A DNA stretch of 64,000 bases, from assembly GCF_009914755.1 (NCBI RefSeq), contig NC_060929.1. One strand, 5' to 3'. The translations under genes and the position numbers were made by a program. The stretch is from the human T2T-CHM13v2.0 reference genome, Homo sapiens. Positions 17,301 through 32,009 of the stretch are shown one piece after another. The notes beneath the pieces were generated by a model. It searched no databases and was not told where the DNA came from. It worked only from the letters and a program-made list of their open reading frames with translations. The stretch's first letter is position 1. Each line of letters starts with the position of its first letter.

Positions 17301-20300
17301 TTAGTTCTGCTCTGATCTTGGTTATTTCCCTTCTTCTGTTGGGTTTGGGTTTAGTTTGTTCTCGTTTCTCTAGTTCCTTGAGGTGTGACCTTAAGATTGT
17401 CAGTTTGTGCTCTTTGTCTTTTGATGTAGGCATTTAGGGCTATGAACTTTCCTTTTGCCTTTGCTGTATCCCAGAGGTTTTGATAGGTTGTCATTGTCAT
17501 TCAGTTGGAAGAATTTTTTAATTTCCATCTTGATTTCATTTTTGACTCAATGATTATTCAAGAACAGGTTAATTTCCATGTATTTACATAGTTTTGAAGG
17601 TTCCTTTTGGAGTTGATTTCCAGTTTTATTCCACTGTGGTCTGAGAGAGTGTTTGATATCATTTTGATTTTCACGCACTATTGAATAGAATGTGTGTTCT
17701 GCAGTTGTTGGACGAAATATTCTGTATATATTTAAGTCCATTTGTTCTAAGGTATAGTTTAAATCCACTGTCTCTTTGTTGGCTTTGTCTTGATGACTTG
17801 TCTAGTGCTGTCAGTGGAGTATTGAAGTCCCCCACTATTATTGTATGGCTGTCTATCTCATTTCTTAGGTCTATTAGTAATTGTTTTATAAATTTGGGAG
17901 AGCTCCAGTGTTAAGTGGAACCTAACAATATGTTTATGGTTATGATATTTTCCTATTGGACAAGGCCTTTTACCATTATATAATATCCCCCTTTTTTATC
18001 TGCTGTTGCTTTAAAGTTTGTTTTATCTGATATAAGAACAGCTACCCCCCTGCTTACTTTTGGTGTCCATTTGCATGAAATGCCTTTTTCTACTCCTTTA
18101 AGTTTACGTGAGTCCTTGTGTGCTAGGTGAGTCTCCTGAAGGCAGCAGGTAGTTGGTTAGCGAGTTCTTATCCATTCTGTGGTTCTGTATGTTTTAAGTG
18201 GAACATTTAGGCCATTTACATTCAATATTAGTGTTGAGATGTGAGGTACCATTGCATTCACTGTGCTATTTGTTGCCTGTGTACCTTGGTGTTTTTTTTT
18301 TGTTTTTGCTTTTTAACTTGTATTTTTGTTTTATAGGTCCTGTGTGATTTATGCTTTAAAGAGGTTTTGTTTTGATATATTTCCAGGATTTGTTTCAAGA
18401 TTTAGAGCTCCTTTTAGCAGTTCTTGCAGTGGTGGCTTGCTAGCGGCTAATTCTCTCAGTATTTGTTTATCTGAAAAAGACTATCTTTCCTTTATATATG
18501 ATGCTTAGTTTTACTGGATACAGAATTCTTTGCTGATAATTGTTTTGTTTGAGGAGGCTAAAAATAGGGCACCAATCCCTTCTAGCTTGTAGGGTTTTTG
18601 CTGAGAAATCTGCTGTTAATCTGATAGGCTTTCCTTTTTAGGTTACCTGGTGCTTTTGTCTCACAGCTCTTAGGAGTCTTTCCTTCAAATTAACTTTAGA
18701 TAACCTGATGACAATGTGCCTAGGCAATGATCTTCTCGTGGTGAATTTCCCAGGTGTTATTTGTGCTTCTTGCATTTGGAAGTATAGGTCTCTAGCAAGG
18801 CCAGGGAAATTTTCCTCGATTATTCCCTCAAATGTGTTTTCCAAACTTTCAGACTTCAATAGGTTTGGTTGTTTAACATAATCCCAGACTTCTTAGAGGC
18901 TTTGTTCATATTTTATTTGTTTTTCTTTGTCTCTGTTGGGTTGGGTTAATTCAAAGACTTTGTCTCCGAGCTCTGAAGTTCTTTCTTCTATTTGTTCAAT
19001 TCTATTGCTGAGACTTTCCAAAGCATTTTGCATTTCTATAAGCGTGTCCAATGTTTCCTGAAGTTTTTATTATTTATACTATCTGTTTCCTTGAATATTT
19101 TTCCCTTCACTTCCTGTATTGTTTTTTGGATTTCCTTGCATCAGGCTTTGCCTTTCTCTGGTGCCTGATTAGCTTAATAACTAACCTCCTGAATTCTTTT
19201 TCAGGTAAATCAGGGATTTCTTCTTGGCTTTGATCCATTGCTGTTGAGCTAGTATGATTTTGTGTGTTGGGGGGGTTGGGGGGCGGTGTTAAAGAGCCTT
19301 GTTTTGTCATATCACCAGGGTTGGTTTTCTGGTTCCTTCTCATTTGGGTAGGCTCTGTCAGAGGGAAGGTCTAGGGCTGAAGGTTTTTGTTCACATTCTT
19401 TGGGGTAGTGTTCACTTGATGTAGTACTCTCCCCACTTTCCTATGGATGTGGCTTCCTGTGAGCCGAGCTGCAGTGACTGTTATTTCTCTTCTGGGTCTA
19501 GCCACCCAACAAGTCTACCCAGCTCCAGGGTGGTACTAGGGATTGTCTGCACAGAGTCCTGTGATGTGAATCATCTATGGTTCTCTCAGCCATGGATACC
19601 AGCACCTGTTCTGGTGGAGGTGGCAGGGGGTATGGTTGTGAAATGGACTTTGTGAGAGTTCTTAGCTTTGGTGGCTTAATGTTCTGTGTGTTGGTTGGCC
19701 TCCTGCCAGGAGGTGGCACTTTCCAGACAGCATCAGCTGTGGTAGTTTAGAGAGAAACTGGTGGTAGGTGGGACCCTAGAACTCCCAAGAGTATATGCCC
19801 TTTGTCTTCAGCTACCAGGGTGGGTAAGGTACCATCAGGTGGGGGCAAGGCTAGGTGTGTCTGAGCTCAGACTCTCCTCAGGCAGTTCTTGCTGCAGTTG
19901 TATGGGGCATGGGGGTGAAGTTCCTAGGTCAATGGAGTTATGTACCTAGAAAGATTATGGCTGCCTCTGCTGAGTCATGCAGATTTTCAGGGAAGTGGGG
20001 AAAAGCCAGCAGTCACAGGCCTCATCCAGCTCCCACACAATCTGAAGGGCCGGTCTCGTTCCCACCATGCCCCCAATAACAGCCCCAAGTCTGTTTCCAG
20101 ACAGCGGGTGAGCAGGGCTTGAGAACTTGCCTCAGGCTACCCACCTCGCAGCTGCGAAAGAAAAGGGCTTTGGTTCTGCCCCAGCCTGTGGACTCTACAT
20201 GCCAGATTCACACCCTCCCAAGTTCTGGCCAGGAGTCTTCTCTCCCAGTCCAAATTGTCACAGAGTTCAGCCAGAGACTTCCTTCTCCTTGTGGTGTTTT

Positions 20301-20727
20301 CCCCCGCACCTCTGGCCACCCTCCAGAAGGATCCCTGTGTTGCCAGGCAGGAATGGCTTGCTTGGGGAACCAGCCAGCTCCCAAGTCCTTCCCCTTTGCT
20401 TCTTCTACCCCTGTATTTCGCTCAGCTCTCTAAATTGACTCAGGTCCAGGTAAGGTTGGAAACTTCTCCCACAAACTAGTCCTTCGGTTTTCCCAGTGGA
20501 GTTGTTTGTTCGGGAGTGGTGAATCTCCCTTTCCCACTTCCACAGCTGGGGCCTCACAGTATTTGGGGTGTCTCCCGGGTCCTGCAGGAACAGTCTGCTT
20601 CCTTCCTTTAGAGAACCTGTGGGTCCTCTTGGGATTCCTGGTTTGTTCTTTCAGTTGTTCTGGAGCCAAAATTCACGATGCAAGCCTCCGCACACTGCTC
20701 TGTCTATCTGAGTAGGAGCTGCGATCT
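14337..20727 (-). mobile_element. Near-full-length (~6.4 kb) L1PB-type LINE-1 nested in an older L1
   Basis: L1PB-like 3' end (ataggttattggggtacaggtggtattt..gagattttgg..cacccatcaccc). ORF2 fragments at 15756-16241 and 17547-17768, ORF1 fragments at 18638-19343, long 5'UTR to about 20727. 12-bp TSD: tgaatgtctttt 14325-14336 and tgtatgtctttt 20728-20739. Confidence 0.92.
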
Positions 20728-22070
20728 TGTATGTCTTTTGAGAAGTGTTTTGTTCATGTCCTTTGCCTATTTTTGAATGAGGTTATTTGGGTTTTGCTTA
20801 TCAATTGAAGTTCCCTATAGATTCTGACTATTAAGCCTTTGTAGGATACATAGTTTGTAAATATCTTCTCCCATTCTGCAGGGTGTCTGCTTGCTCTATT
20901 TTTGATGTGCAGAAGCTCTTTAGTTTAATTAGGTCTGATTTATCTGTTTTTGTTTTTATTACAATTGTTTTTGGGGACTTAGACAAAAATTCTTTGCCAA
21001 TGCTGATGTCAAGAAGAATATTTCCCAGGTTGTCTTCCAGGATTTTTATAGTTTGAGATCTTACATTTAAATATTTAATCCATTTGGAGTTAAATTTTTT
21101 ATATGATGAAAGGTAGGGGTGCAGATTCAATCTTCTGCATATGGCTAGCCAATTATCCCAGTAACATTTACTAAATAGGGGTTTTTTCCCATTGCTTATT
21201 TTTTTCAGCACTGTCAAAGATCAGATGGTGTAGGCATGTGGCTTTATTTCTGAGTTTTCTATTATGTTCCATTGGTTTAAGTGCCTGTTTTTGTACCAAT
21301 ATCATGCTGTTTGGGTTAATGTGGCTTTTTAGTACAGTTTGAAGTTGGGTAGTGTAATGCCTCCAGCTTTGTTCTTTTTGCTTAGAATTGCTTTGGCTAT
21401 TCAGGCTCTTTTCTGGTTCCATATGAATTTTAGAATATTTTTTTTTTCTAATTGGGTAAAGAGTGACATTGGTAGTTTGATAGGAATAACATTGAATTTG
21501 TAAATAGCTTTGGGCAGTATGGACATTTTTATGATATTGATTCTTACAATCCATGAGCTTAGAATGTTTTTCCGTTTATTTGTGTCTGATTTCTTTCAGC
21601 AGTGTTTTATAGTTCTCCTTGTAGAGATCTTTCACCTCCTTGGTTAGTTGTATTTCTAGGTAATTCAGTTTCTTTGTGGCTATTGAAAGGGATATTGTGT
21701 TTTTTATTTCACTCTCAGTATGGATATTGGTGTTTAGAAATGCTACTTATTTTTGTATCTTAATTTTGTTTTCTGAAACTTTACTAAGGTTGTTTATCAA
21801 TTCTAAGAGCCTTTTGTCAGAGTCTTTAGGATTTTCTAGGTATAGAATCATATCATCAAAGATGGATAATTTTCCTTCCTTTCCTATTTGGATGCCTTTT
21901 ATTCCTTTATCTTGCCTGATTGCTCTGGCTAGAAGTTCCAGTACTATGCTGAATAGGAGTGTTGAGAATAGGTATCCTTGTCTTGTTCCATTTTTCAAGG
22001 GGAATGGTTCCAGCTTTTGCTCATTCAGTATGATGTTGGCTATGGGTTTGTCATAAGGGGCTCTTGTATT
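20728..22070 (-). mobile_element. Host L1 continuation (ORF2), 5'-truncated
   Basis: Resumes where 14336 stopped (atgtcttttgagaagtg). ORF2 fragments at 20831-21217 and 21747-22154 ([26 protein letters not shown]). Confidence 0.9.
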
Positions 22071-22799
22071 TTTCATAAAGATAACAGTCATTGCCCTATT
22101 TAGGAACTGCACTGGACATGGGAATTTTACTTTTAAAAAATGTTTTGAGATCACCTGTTGAAACTGTCATAATCAATTTGTTGCCATTTTTATACTACTG
22201 AAATATACTTAGAGGTATTATGTTTGACATCCTCTATAGTGTTGTTAGGAGGCAGCATGGTTTTATGTAAAATACTCATTTATCTGTAATCTAAACCCTT
22301 AGTAGAACACACTCTATCTTATTTATCCATAGAAATAAGAGGCATGGATCCACTGAAGCAAGTTAGGAGGGTCAGAAAAATCCTGTTTAGTATATAAACA
22401 ATACATGCAATTGTATGCTATAAAGAGCTGCATGAAATTAATTTTAAACACAGGGTTATCAAAAGATGATATAGACCAATGGTCAGAAAAGTCTAAAATA
22501 AATGGATTTTATCTTATGTTATAATTTCTATTTCTAAATTTCTCACACTTTCCTCCCTGAATTTAAGTATGCCTGAAATTTAGAAATCAAATATACACTA
22601 TGAAATATAAAACTTTCCTACCCTTTAAAACATATTATTCCTGAAAATATCAGTAACATGTAATATAAACAAATTCACATGCTCTGTAGATCTGCATTGT
22701 CCAATTCATGCTGTCTTTAGTAAGAAAGCATATAAAAATTATATTAAAATAGAAATGACTGGTGGTTAATGAGTTAATACTAGTTAATAAATTAACAAA

Positions 22800-23320
22800 T
22801 ATGTTAGTTACTTATCACGGCATAGTAAGATTAGCAGCCGAAAACAACAAACCTTTATTATCCCCCAGTGTCTGTGGATCAGAATTCCGGTTGTAGCTTA
22901 CTTTGGTGCCTCTGGCTCAGGGTCTTTCATGAAATGGCAATCAAACTGTTATCTGAAGCTGTGTTCCTCTGAGACTGGACAGGAAGAGAATGCACCTCCA
23001 AGGTAAATCATATGGCAGTTGGCAGGTCTCAGAAGACCTGCATCTAAGCTCACTCAGTCCCCTGCAGAGGTCTGCCTCATGACATAGCAACTGGTTTCCC
23101 CCCACAGCAAAAATAATCCAAGAAAAAGCAAGAGAAATCCCCAAATAGAAGCCACAGTCTTCTTTTCACTTACTGTTGTATGTGATATTCCATAATGTTT
23201 GCCATATTCTAGTCATTAACAAGTCAGTAACTCCAGTTCACAATCAAAGGAAAGGGATTACACAAGGGTGTGTATACCAGGAGGTAGACATCTGGGGTGA
23301 AGGTGGAGGCTACCTTTCAT
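22800..23320 (-). mobile_element. MaLR MLT1-type solo LTR
   Basis: 'aaacaacaaacctttattatc..ctgtggatcagaattc..gcctctggctcagggtctttcatga', ending in 'acacaagggtgtgtataccaggagg'. Confidence 0.7.
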
Positions 23321-25397
23321 TTATTATGTTGACAGTCTCTTAGAAGTATATCTTTTAGGTGGTAGTTTTGCTTAATCACTATTCATTTCTTATATATGAT
23401 ACTTAGTTCAAATATTCTATATCAATATATCTGGCTAATTCAGTTGTTTGCACCTATTGAAATAAAGGCTCCAATAAGTACATTTAAATATAATGTATTC
23501 TTCCATATAAAGTAAGGTATAACTTACTTTATATAGAAAAGTGGGATATTTTTGACATTGTTAGAAACCAATTTGTACTTTCTACATTTAAAATCACCTT
23601 CACACATAATTTCTAAGTATCAAGTCATTGTTAAATGCCATTATTTGAAAATAAAATTATAAAATTATCCGGTACAATAGTAATAAACTCATTTTTAGCC
23701 CACAAATCAAATCTGAAAACTGACCTCTGTATTTCTGCCAAGAATGTTTTTCTGGTTCAGCAGAATGGGGTTAAAACATTGGATAGAAACAAAATGTAAG
23801 AGCCAAAATGTAAAAGACTTAGAAAACTTTAGTTCATAACTATCATTTTCTCAGATTTTTATAAATAAAAGAAAAACAGCATTGATCAAAAACAGGCATA
23901 ACATTCATACCTGCCTTTTAACTATAGATGCTGCACATATAGCTGCCATTCATTCACCACTTCTCAAAGTTAAAAAAGAATCAAGTCTCACTCTAAATTA
24001 TTTATATAATTCTTTATATAAGCATCATCAAGGATTAAATTTAAATTTCAATAATGAGTCACAAAATCTGTCCCTTCCAGCTTTCTAAATGATTTTTTTA
24101 ATACATTCCATATTAGACTATTACATTTTTGGCTTTCTTAAGACAGAAATGCTATAAGACTATCTGATTTCTACCATTACTTTTTTTTAATAAGGCGGGG
24201 TCAAGCCAATTCTGTGACCTGTGGGTATTTCAGACAATGTCATGTTTAGGGGACTAAATCTTTTCTGAGTATCTTTCTCCCTAACCTGGTTCTTGACTGT
24301 GGTTGGTCCTAAACGGAAAGTGTTGGATGTGACAAAAGACAGATACTAATGATCACGCATATCTGCAAAAATCACACCTCACAGCACTAAAGACTTCAAG
24401 GCTTTTCAGAATACTCTGTGTCAAAATGATTCATCACTTTCAAGACTGCCACTTCAAAATATTTCTAGCAATCACATAAGGAACATGCTGAGAGTGCTGT
24501 AAATTAGATCATTTTAAACATATAGAAGTAACTTTATTTTCTTAACTGCTTTCATCTAAGCAGAAGATATTCCCAATTTAGAGGTTCTTCATAAATGACA
24601 ATACACATTCACATAAGAATTGTTCATAGAAATGCTAATGTACAAACACACACACTCATTACACATTTAGGCTCACGCATGCTGTGAAGAATAAAACAGC
24701 TTCTCATCTCAAGCAATGCTGAAATATACTTTTGTTAAAGCATAAAAGGCACTTGTATAGATGTATAACCATCAAACTGAAGGTTTACAAGTTAAACAAT
24801 TTAAAAGGGAAATAATGAGTGCTAAGAAGTTTCACTTAAAAATTAAAGCTTGTTCCATAGACCAAAAAATATGTAATTACTAGTAAGCAAAAATAAATCT
24901 CTATTTTAATTCCTCCAAGAAAATAGCTCTTTCAACCATTACGTGAATTCATCAGCTCTAAACATGAAAGAACAATGGCTGGTCTTTCCTCTAGAGATGC
25001 TTTCTAAATGTGAAAACAAAGTTTTATTCAAGACCTTTACGAACACAGAAGAAGTTAGTTCTGACAATGAGATCTGTGTTTGGAAAGAGTATCATATTTA
25101 TAAGGATTCTTGCAGGTCATAAAGCACCTTTGTGCAAATTAAAAAATAGCAACCCCTCTGGGCCCAGATTGTCACATGAACAGCATTGTGAATTATGGGC
25201 TTCCTTTTATTTAATGGATACAGACTTAAGAGGAAACACAGGCAGGATTTTGGCCTCTTGTAAACCCCTCCATTGTGCCCACTTCTACAAAGAGCACAAA
25301 CCGCACAACCATAGATGACAGTCCTGGTTTTAGGTGGCGGGACTCTGAATGATTGGGGAGCAACACAGGTCACCAAGCAAACATTCCAGTATAATGC

Positions 25398-26393
<996 letters not shown>

Positions 26394-26404
26394 ATGCAAC
26401 CCTA

Positions 26405-26759
26405 ATATGGTTTCAGCGTTTGTCCCCTTTAAAACTCAGGTTGAAATTTTCTTGCCATTGTGACAGTACTGGGAGATGGGACCAGTAATAAGTGTTTAGG
26501 TCATGAGGGCTCTGCCCTCATAAATTGACTAACGCTGTTATCACAGGAGTGAGTTCAGCCTCTCTTGCTCACATTCTCTTTCACTCCCCCTCTCTCTTTT
26601 CCCTTCTGCCATGCTATGATGAAGGCTCTCTCACCAGTTGCTAGCACCCTGGCATTGGACTTCCCAGCCTCCACAACTGTAAAGTCAATCAACTTCTGTT
26701 TATTATAAATTACCCGGTCTGTGGTGTTCTGCTAGAGCAGAACAAAACAGACTAAGACA
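26405..26759 (+). mobile_element. MaLR MST-type solo LTR
   Basis: tatggttt..tgtcccc..aaaactcaggttgaaat..ggtcatgagggctctgccctcat..ttggacttcccagcctcc..cagactaagaca. Confidence 0.85.
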
Positions 26760-28019
26760 AAGTCTTACAATGCAAATAGTTAACCTGAGAAGATTAAGTT
26801 CTAGGAGGTTTCAAATAGAATCCAGAGATCAAGGAAAATAGTGCAGAGAATCCCAAAGCCAAAGAAAATGAATAACTCTGAATTCCACAACAATGATATT
26901 CTGGCAATCTCTGTAATTGGTTTTGTCGCCGAGAACTAGTTTATCTGCTAGAGAAAGCAAGAGAAGTAACATATTTTTATACCATATTTTATAACATGCT
27001 TTATAAAATGCTTGATCCAGCTGTCTATTCTCTGGATTGGATTACAAATGTGATTACAAATGTGCTATAGACAGGGACCTTAAACTGTGAATGTCATGTA
27101 CCTTATGGGTACTTAATAATGCAAAGCAATAAAATCTCACTTTATACAGAGGGAAAAAGGGAAAAATGGGATTTTGAAAAATTAGTTGGGTAAAAATGAC
27201 TAATTTCTACATTTATGGAAACAATTATTTGGTGATAAGGGATAATCTCAAAAGTGTCCTGCATACACTATCCTAAAATATCTCCATATTCCATTTATTT
27301 TAGTGTTTTTCCAGTAGGCATGCATGAGTGCATGTCATTAATTTGGTGAATGAGAAGTTTGGTGACACCATTTTTCTATATCATGAAGATATATTCACAA
27401 GTTAGCTTTGGGCTTATAATTAGATGAAGCACAAAACTCTGATTTATTAAAATTCATTGCAGATTTTTGGACAGAAATTTATTCATGCTCAAAGGCAACA
27501 AGAAATTATTGTGAAGGTCTGTGAACTGAAATTTGTATTACTTTTACCCCAGGAAAAAAACAAGAAGTGAAACCTGTATTATCTTTACTATAGTGTAATT
27601 CATATCTAAGTGGACCAAGTTAATAATATGGTTGATGGAAAATATAACTGATAGTAATGCTAATAAAATATGAATAATATTTTTAAAATGTGGTTGAATA
27701 TAGAAAACACTGCAATACCAATGACAATACAACAGCCCTAGATTCTAGTTAGCACAAATCCCCATTCCCCTTCCAGCAAGCACACTTGTTCATAATCTTT
27801 TGCACAACTGACTCTATTTAATTCTCTACTAACATTTCCTAAACCTACATTGCCATCTCAATTTGCCTCTTGATCTCTGCAAATTATTTCTCATCCCCAT
27901 GTCTCTCCCTGTGCCACAAATTCCACCACTCTCAGACAGATGAGTAGACCAAATTCATTAGCCTGTGTTGAGATTTATTTCTCCCATCTATGATGATCTG
28001 GCCTCTTCAAAAGTCTCTT

Positions 28020-28620
28020 TTAATTTTTTTAATTTTAATACTGAAAAAGTAAAATAGCTTTTAATCACACTATTTTAAAATGTATAAAAAGTTAATGTAT
28101 AAAAAAATTAAAGTCACATTTCCTTTCTCCAATCCATCCAATTGTGATGGTCAGAGGTTGCCATGGTTAATAGGTTGTTGCCAATCTTTTCTGACATTTT
28201 ACCCTATTTATTCGTTTGTCTTTCTCTTTCTCTCTCGTGCATCTGTGTGTGTACATACTTACATATTCACCTTTTTTTATCCCTCCAAATATAGAATCAC
28301 ATACACAGGCATACATTGCTTTTCCCATGAATAATATCTTATTAATATCTCCCCATATTAACACAAAGAGGACTACTTTGTTTTATTAAAGGGCTGAGTG
28401 GTATTCCATGGTATGACTCTTCAGTAATTTCTTAATGTTCTGTTGATAATTTACATTCAGTTTTTAATTTGTATATACCACACTGCAATGAAGTTAACAT
28501 ACATCTTTATATACTATCTCCTTTTCCAATACAGGATATTGGATCAATATATACTTCAATATATACTTTTGCCTTTTTTCAATATGGTAAATTTCTCAAA
28601 ATGGAATGGTTAAATTATAG
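28020..28620 (-). mobile_element. Old L1M 3' fragment
   Basis: 'ggctgagtggtattccatggtatg..cactgcaatgaa..' resembles L1M 3'UTR; heavily diverged. Confidence 0.45.
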
Positions 28621-30249
28621 AATTTTGTATAAGATTCCTGAGAACAGGATTAGTGCCTTTTCTTTCCTTGTAGCTTCCCACATGATTCATATAATATTCC
28701 AAGATATGGTAGTGACTAAATGGGGTTAGCAGACTCTAGTTAATTGAGTTGTTGACTATTCTAAATACAGAACTGATATTTGTAAACATTCTGAAGAAAA
28801 TTGATTGACCCTTTCATTTTTTTCCTACAACAATAGAGCACTGCTATGTTATTCAATATCTAAAATATTTCTCCCATTTTGATTAAAAACTGAATTATCA
28901 GAAACATTTTTCTATATTCATACAAATTGTATAAAATGGAAGATAAATGTGTGCATATTCTCTGCAATTTGTAAAGAGAAAAAAATGGGTAAACTGATTC
29001 CTACTGCACAGCATGTTTGTGAAGGTTCAATGAAAGGATGCTCTTAGTAAGTCTTGTATAGTATTCTCCATATACAGGCACTCAGTGGCTATGACCTTTC
29101 TTCATTATAATCACTGGAGAAAGCCAAGAGCTTATGTTTAAATGCTATATTACCATATCCTGTTTTAAGTTATAGAAATTGTTCAAAGTAGGAGAATTAA
29201 GTTATAATTATCAAAAAGGTTTTAGTGACATAAAATCTGCAGTGTCTTGGGAACTTTAACATAAATAAAAACACTTTCAAAGATATTTACTTGTGAGCCA
29301 ATGTTAAAGAATTAAAAAATAACAAGCAGACAGGATTTCGAAAATACAATTAGTCATCAAGCATCCTTGGTTTTTCTATGTCCAATCTGTGAACTGGAAG
29401 TACTCTCTTTTATGTAACTTGAGTGACAGTGGTAAACCACATCTTTGATGGAAGTAGCATCCTTGCAAGAGTTCTAGCACTTAAAATTTCTACTCCTGGC
29501 ACACATAAAGGCCAGCATATGTATGTTTCATGAACTTTATCATTTCCTAAGATTATCATTTCCGTATTACAGCAAGCAAGGACATACACACTATTAAATT
29601 CTTTAGAACTAGAAAGACGACTTAAAACTCAAGCCCAATTTCAAACCCATCCTCTTCTAAGGTACAATGTATATTGGCCATATTGGACCAAGCACCACAG
29701 AAGTTTAGTATACACTTTTCCTGCTCCAAATGTAAGTTTGACCTTTCACCTTTAAGTTTCTGATTCTATTTTTTCTGCATACAGTCATCATCCCTCAACC
29801 TTTTTTAAGACTGTAGTCAAATCCTACCTTCTCTACAAGGCATTCACTAATCCTTCTCCTGCACTTGGGTTTGAGATGCTAATACAGCTGACTTTCTATG
29901 ACTTTCTGTGATTAAATGTGGCTCTACCACTTTGCCATGAGTCCACATAGGCCATACGATCCAACTTACTTTTACTCTTTTGCAGTATTATTTGATTCTT
30001 ACCCTTCTAGAACCAGGTTCTAAAGACATTTTTTGAACTGAATTTAGCTGAGTTGAAGATAACTATTTAATCTTTAAGCATGTAAGGCTCAAAATATGTG
30101 GTCACTTGCCTCTACTAGCAATAGAGCTAGACAAAAATAAGCCATTAAGTGAACTATAATTAAATTAAAAAAAACCATAACTCTCCTCGACTTTTTTCCT
30201 AAAGTATAATTTGGAACTAAGAAAGTTTGAGGATTTGAGGGAAGTTTAG

Positions 30250-30600
30250 TTCATAATTATGTTCATTAACAATATTATTGACTCCATTGCATCGAGAACC
30301 ATACTAAATGCTGTATACACAGGAGTGAGAAAAGGGACATTCCCAAACAACCAGAATCTCTTAATTTAGTGGGGTTAAAAAAGTAAATCATTATAATCCA
30401 GTGTTATGACAGAGTAAGTACAAGGAGTTGAGATGCCCTATAGGGAAATGAAGGCTTCTAAGAACCATCTAAGAAATGATGCGACAAATGATGGGAATTA
30501 GCCAGCAAACAAAGCCACGAAAGGACAGGGCGAGAGTAGACACAGTTGCACAACTATGGAAAAGAAGAAGCAGCATGGGAGCTGTCAGAGGATAAATCCA
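30250..30600 (-). mobile_element. L2 LINE fragment
   Basis: 'ttcattaacaatattattgactcc..ccatactaaatgctg..gggaattagccagcaaa' resembles the L2 3' end. Confidence 0.55.
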
Positions 30601-32009
30601 CTCTAATTTTTTTATTCCCTTCAGTGACTACCAAAGGGTTTTCTTGAGTTCAACTAAACATTTAAATTTACAACACTAGCACATGCCACTAAGAAGGACA
30701 CAGAACACGAACTGCAGCTTACTGGTAGTGTAGTACCAAGCATTCCTCATCAATGTGGACACCTGCAGTATTTCATACAGCAACTCATATAGCTCTCCAG
30801 AAGCTATTTTCTCCCCTGTGTAACAACTCAAAAGCCAAGAGACAGGATCCACATAAAATGCATATAGGAGATTCCCTAGATGGAAAGCCTCATAGCTGAC
30901 AAGAGCCACTCTCTTGTAACAACTCCATACTTTCCAGTGACCACACAAAGAATATACCTGGAAATAAGAGTCACCACACTCAGAGAAGCCCAGTGTTACT
31001 TTGCCAATCAAGGGTAATGTTCCCATAAGGAAGATTGTCTAGAAATAGACTCCATATTTAACAGAGCCAGTTAACTGGTGGTCATAATTTCATACAGAAG
31101 GGGAAAGAGCTTTGTAATCCTCTGCCCACACTCCCTCTGTGATTAGTCCTGGATGGGCCAGTGATCCAGGTAGTGGACACAGCATACAGAAGCCTGTGGG
31201 AAAGAAAAAAATGTACATCCGCTGTCTAAAAGCAAGTTCATAATGACTGGAGCATATTGGGGTTGGAGGAGAGTAAAAGATGCTGGAACTGGCAAAAGAA
31301 GAGCCACAATGCAGCAACAGAGAGTATACTTTGCAGGGCTATAGTTTAATATAGAAACACTAAAAGGTTTAAAGCATGGGAATAATTTAGTCATATTTAT
31401 ACTTTAAAAAGTTATCTATTGCCTCTCTATGGACAGTAGATTGGAAGAGCATCAGAAAGCCTAATACCTTATGTTTGACCCAACAAATCCACCCCTACCC
31501 TGTTTGCTTCCCAAGGGGCTGATCTGAATGCACTACAACAGAGGATTCACTATCTCATGGCTTCCTGTTAGTTTCAACCTAAGAGATCCAAGGTAAGAAA
31601 GAGGCCAGAGTATTCATTCTCCTAAATTCTATCCTCCAAGGATTCCTGAGGTGCTATCTGCTCCTTGACCAGGTGCCCCTACTCTTCTCTATGTGATTGT
31701 CTCTGAAGAGCTCACTCACACCTGGGTTCTGATAACACCTCCCCTTGAGACTAACTCCAGGCCACTCAACTATCTTTTCTGACCTCCCTTCACATACATT
31801 TGTATACAATCCTTCTATGAAACCTGTCTAGAATTCTAATTTACATGCTCCATCTATTTTCTACTGGTTCCTGTGCCAATCACAATAAGACATTAGGTCA
31901 GACAACAAGTGAATAGGTGTTGGTATTCAGCCCAAGACCTTTTTGTAAACATTTTACTATTTGTGTGCCTCTCCACCCCGCTATCTGCATGCTGCCTCTA
32001 ACAAGAGAA

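Noticed and set aside
17909-17930. Small 'gttaag..cctaac' quasi-palindromic deviation within the L1PB
   Set aside because: Too short to distinguish from ordinary indel decay without a real alignment.
24191-24215. GC box plus CCAAT (ggcgggg..ccaat) as a promoter
   Set aside because: Isolated short motifs with no CpG island or downstream exon evidence; expected by chance.
27040-27064. 12-bp tandem duplication (gattacaaatgt x2)
   Set aside because: Ordinary slippage-sized event with no other signal.
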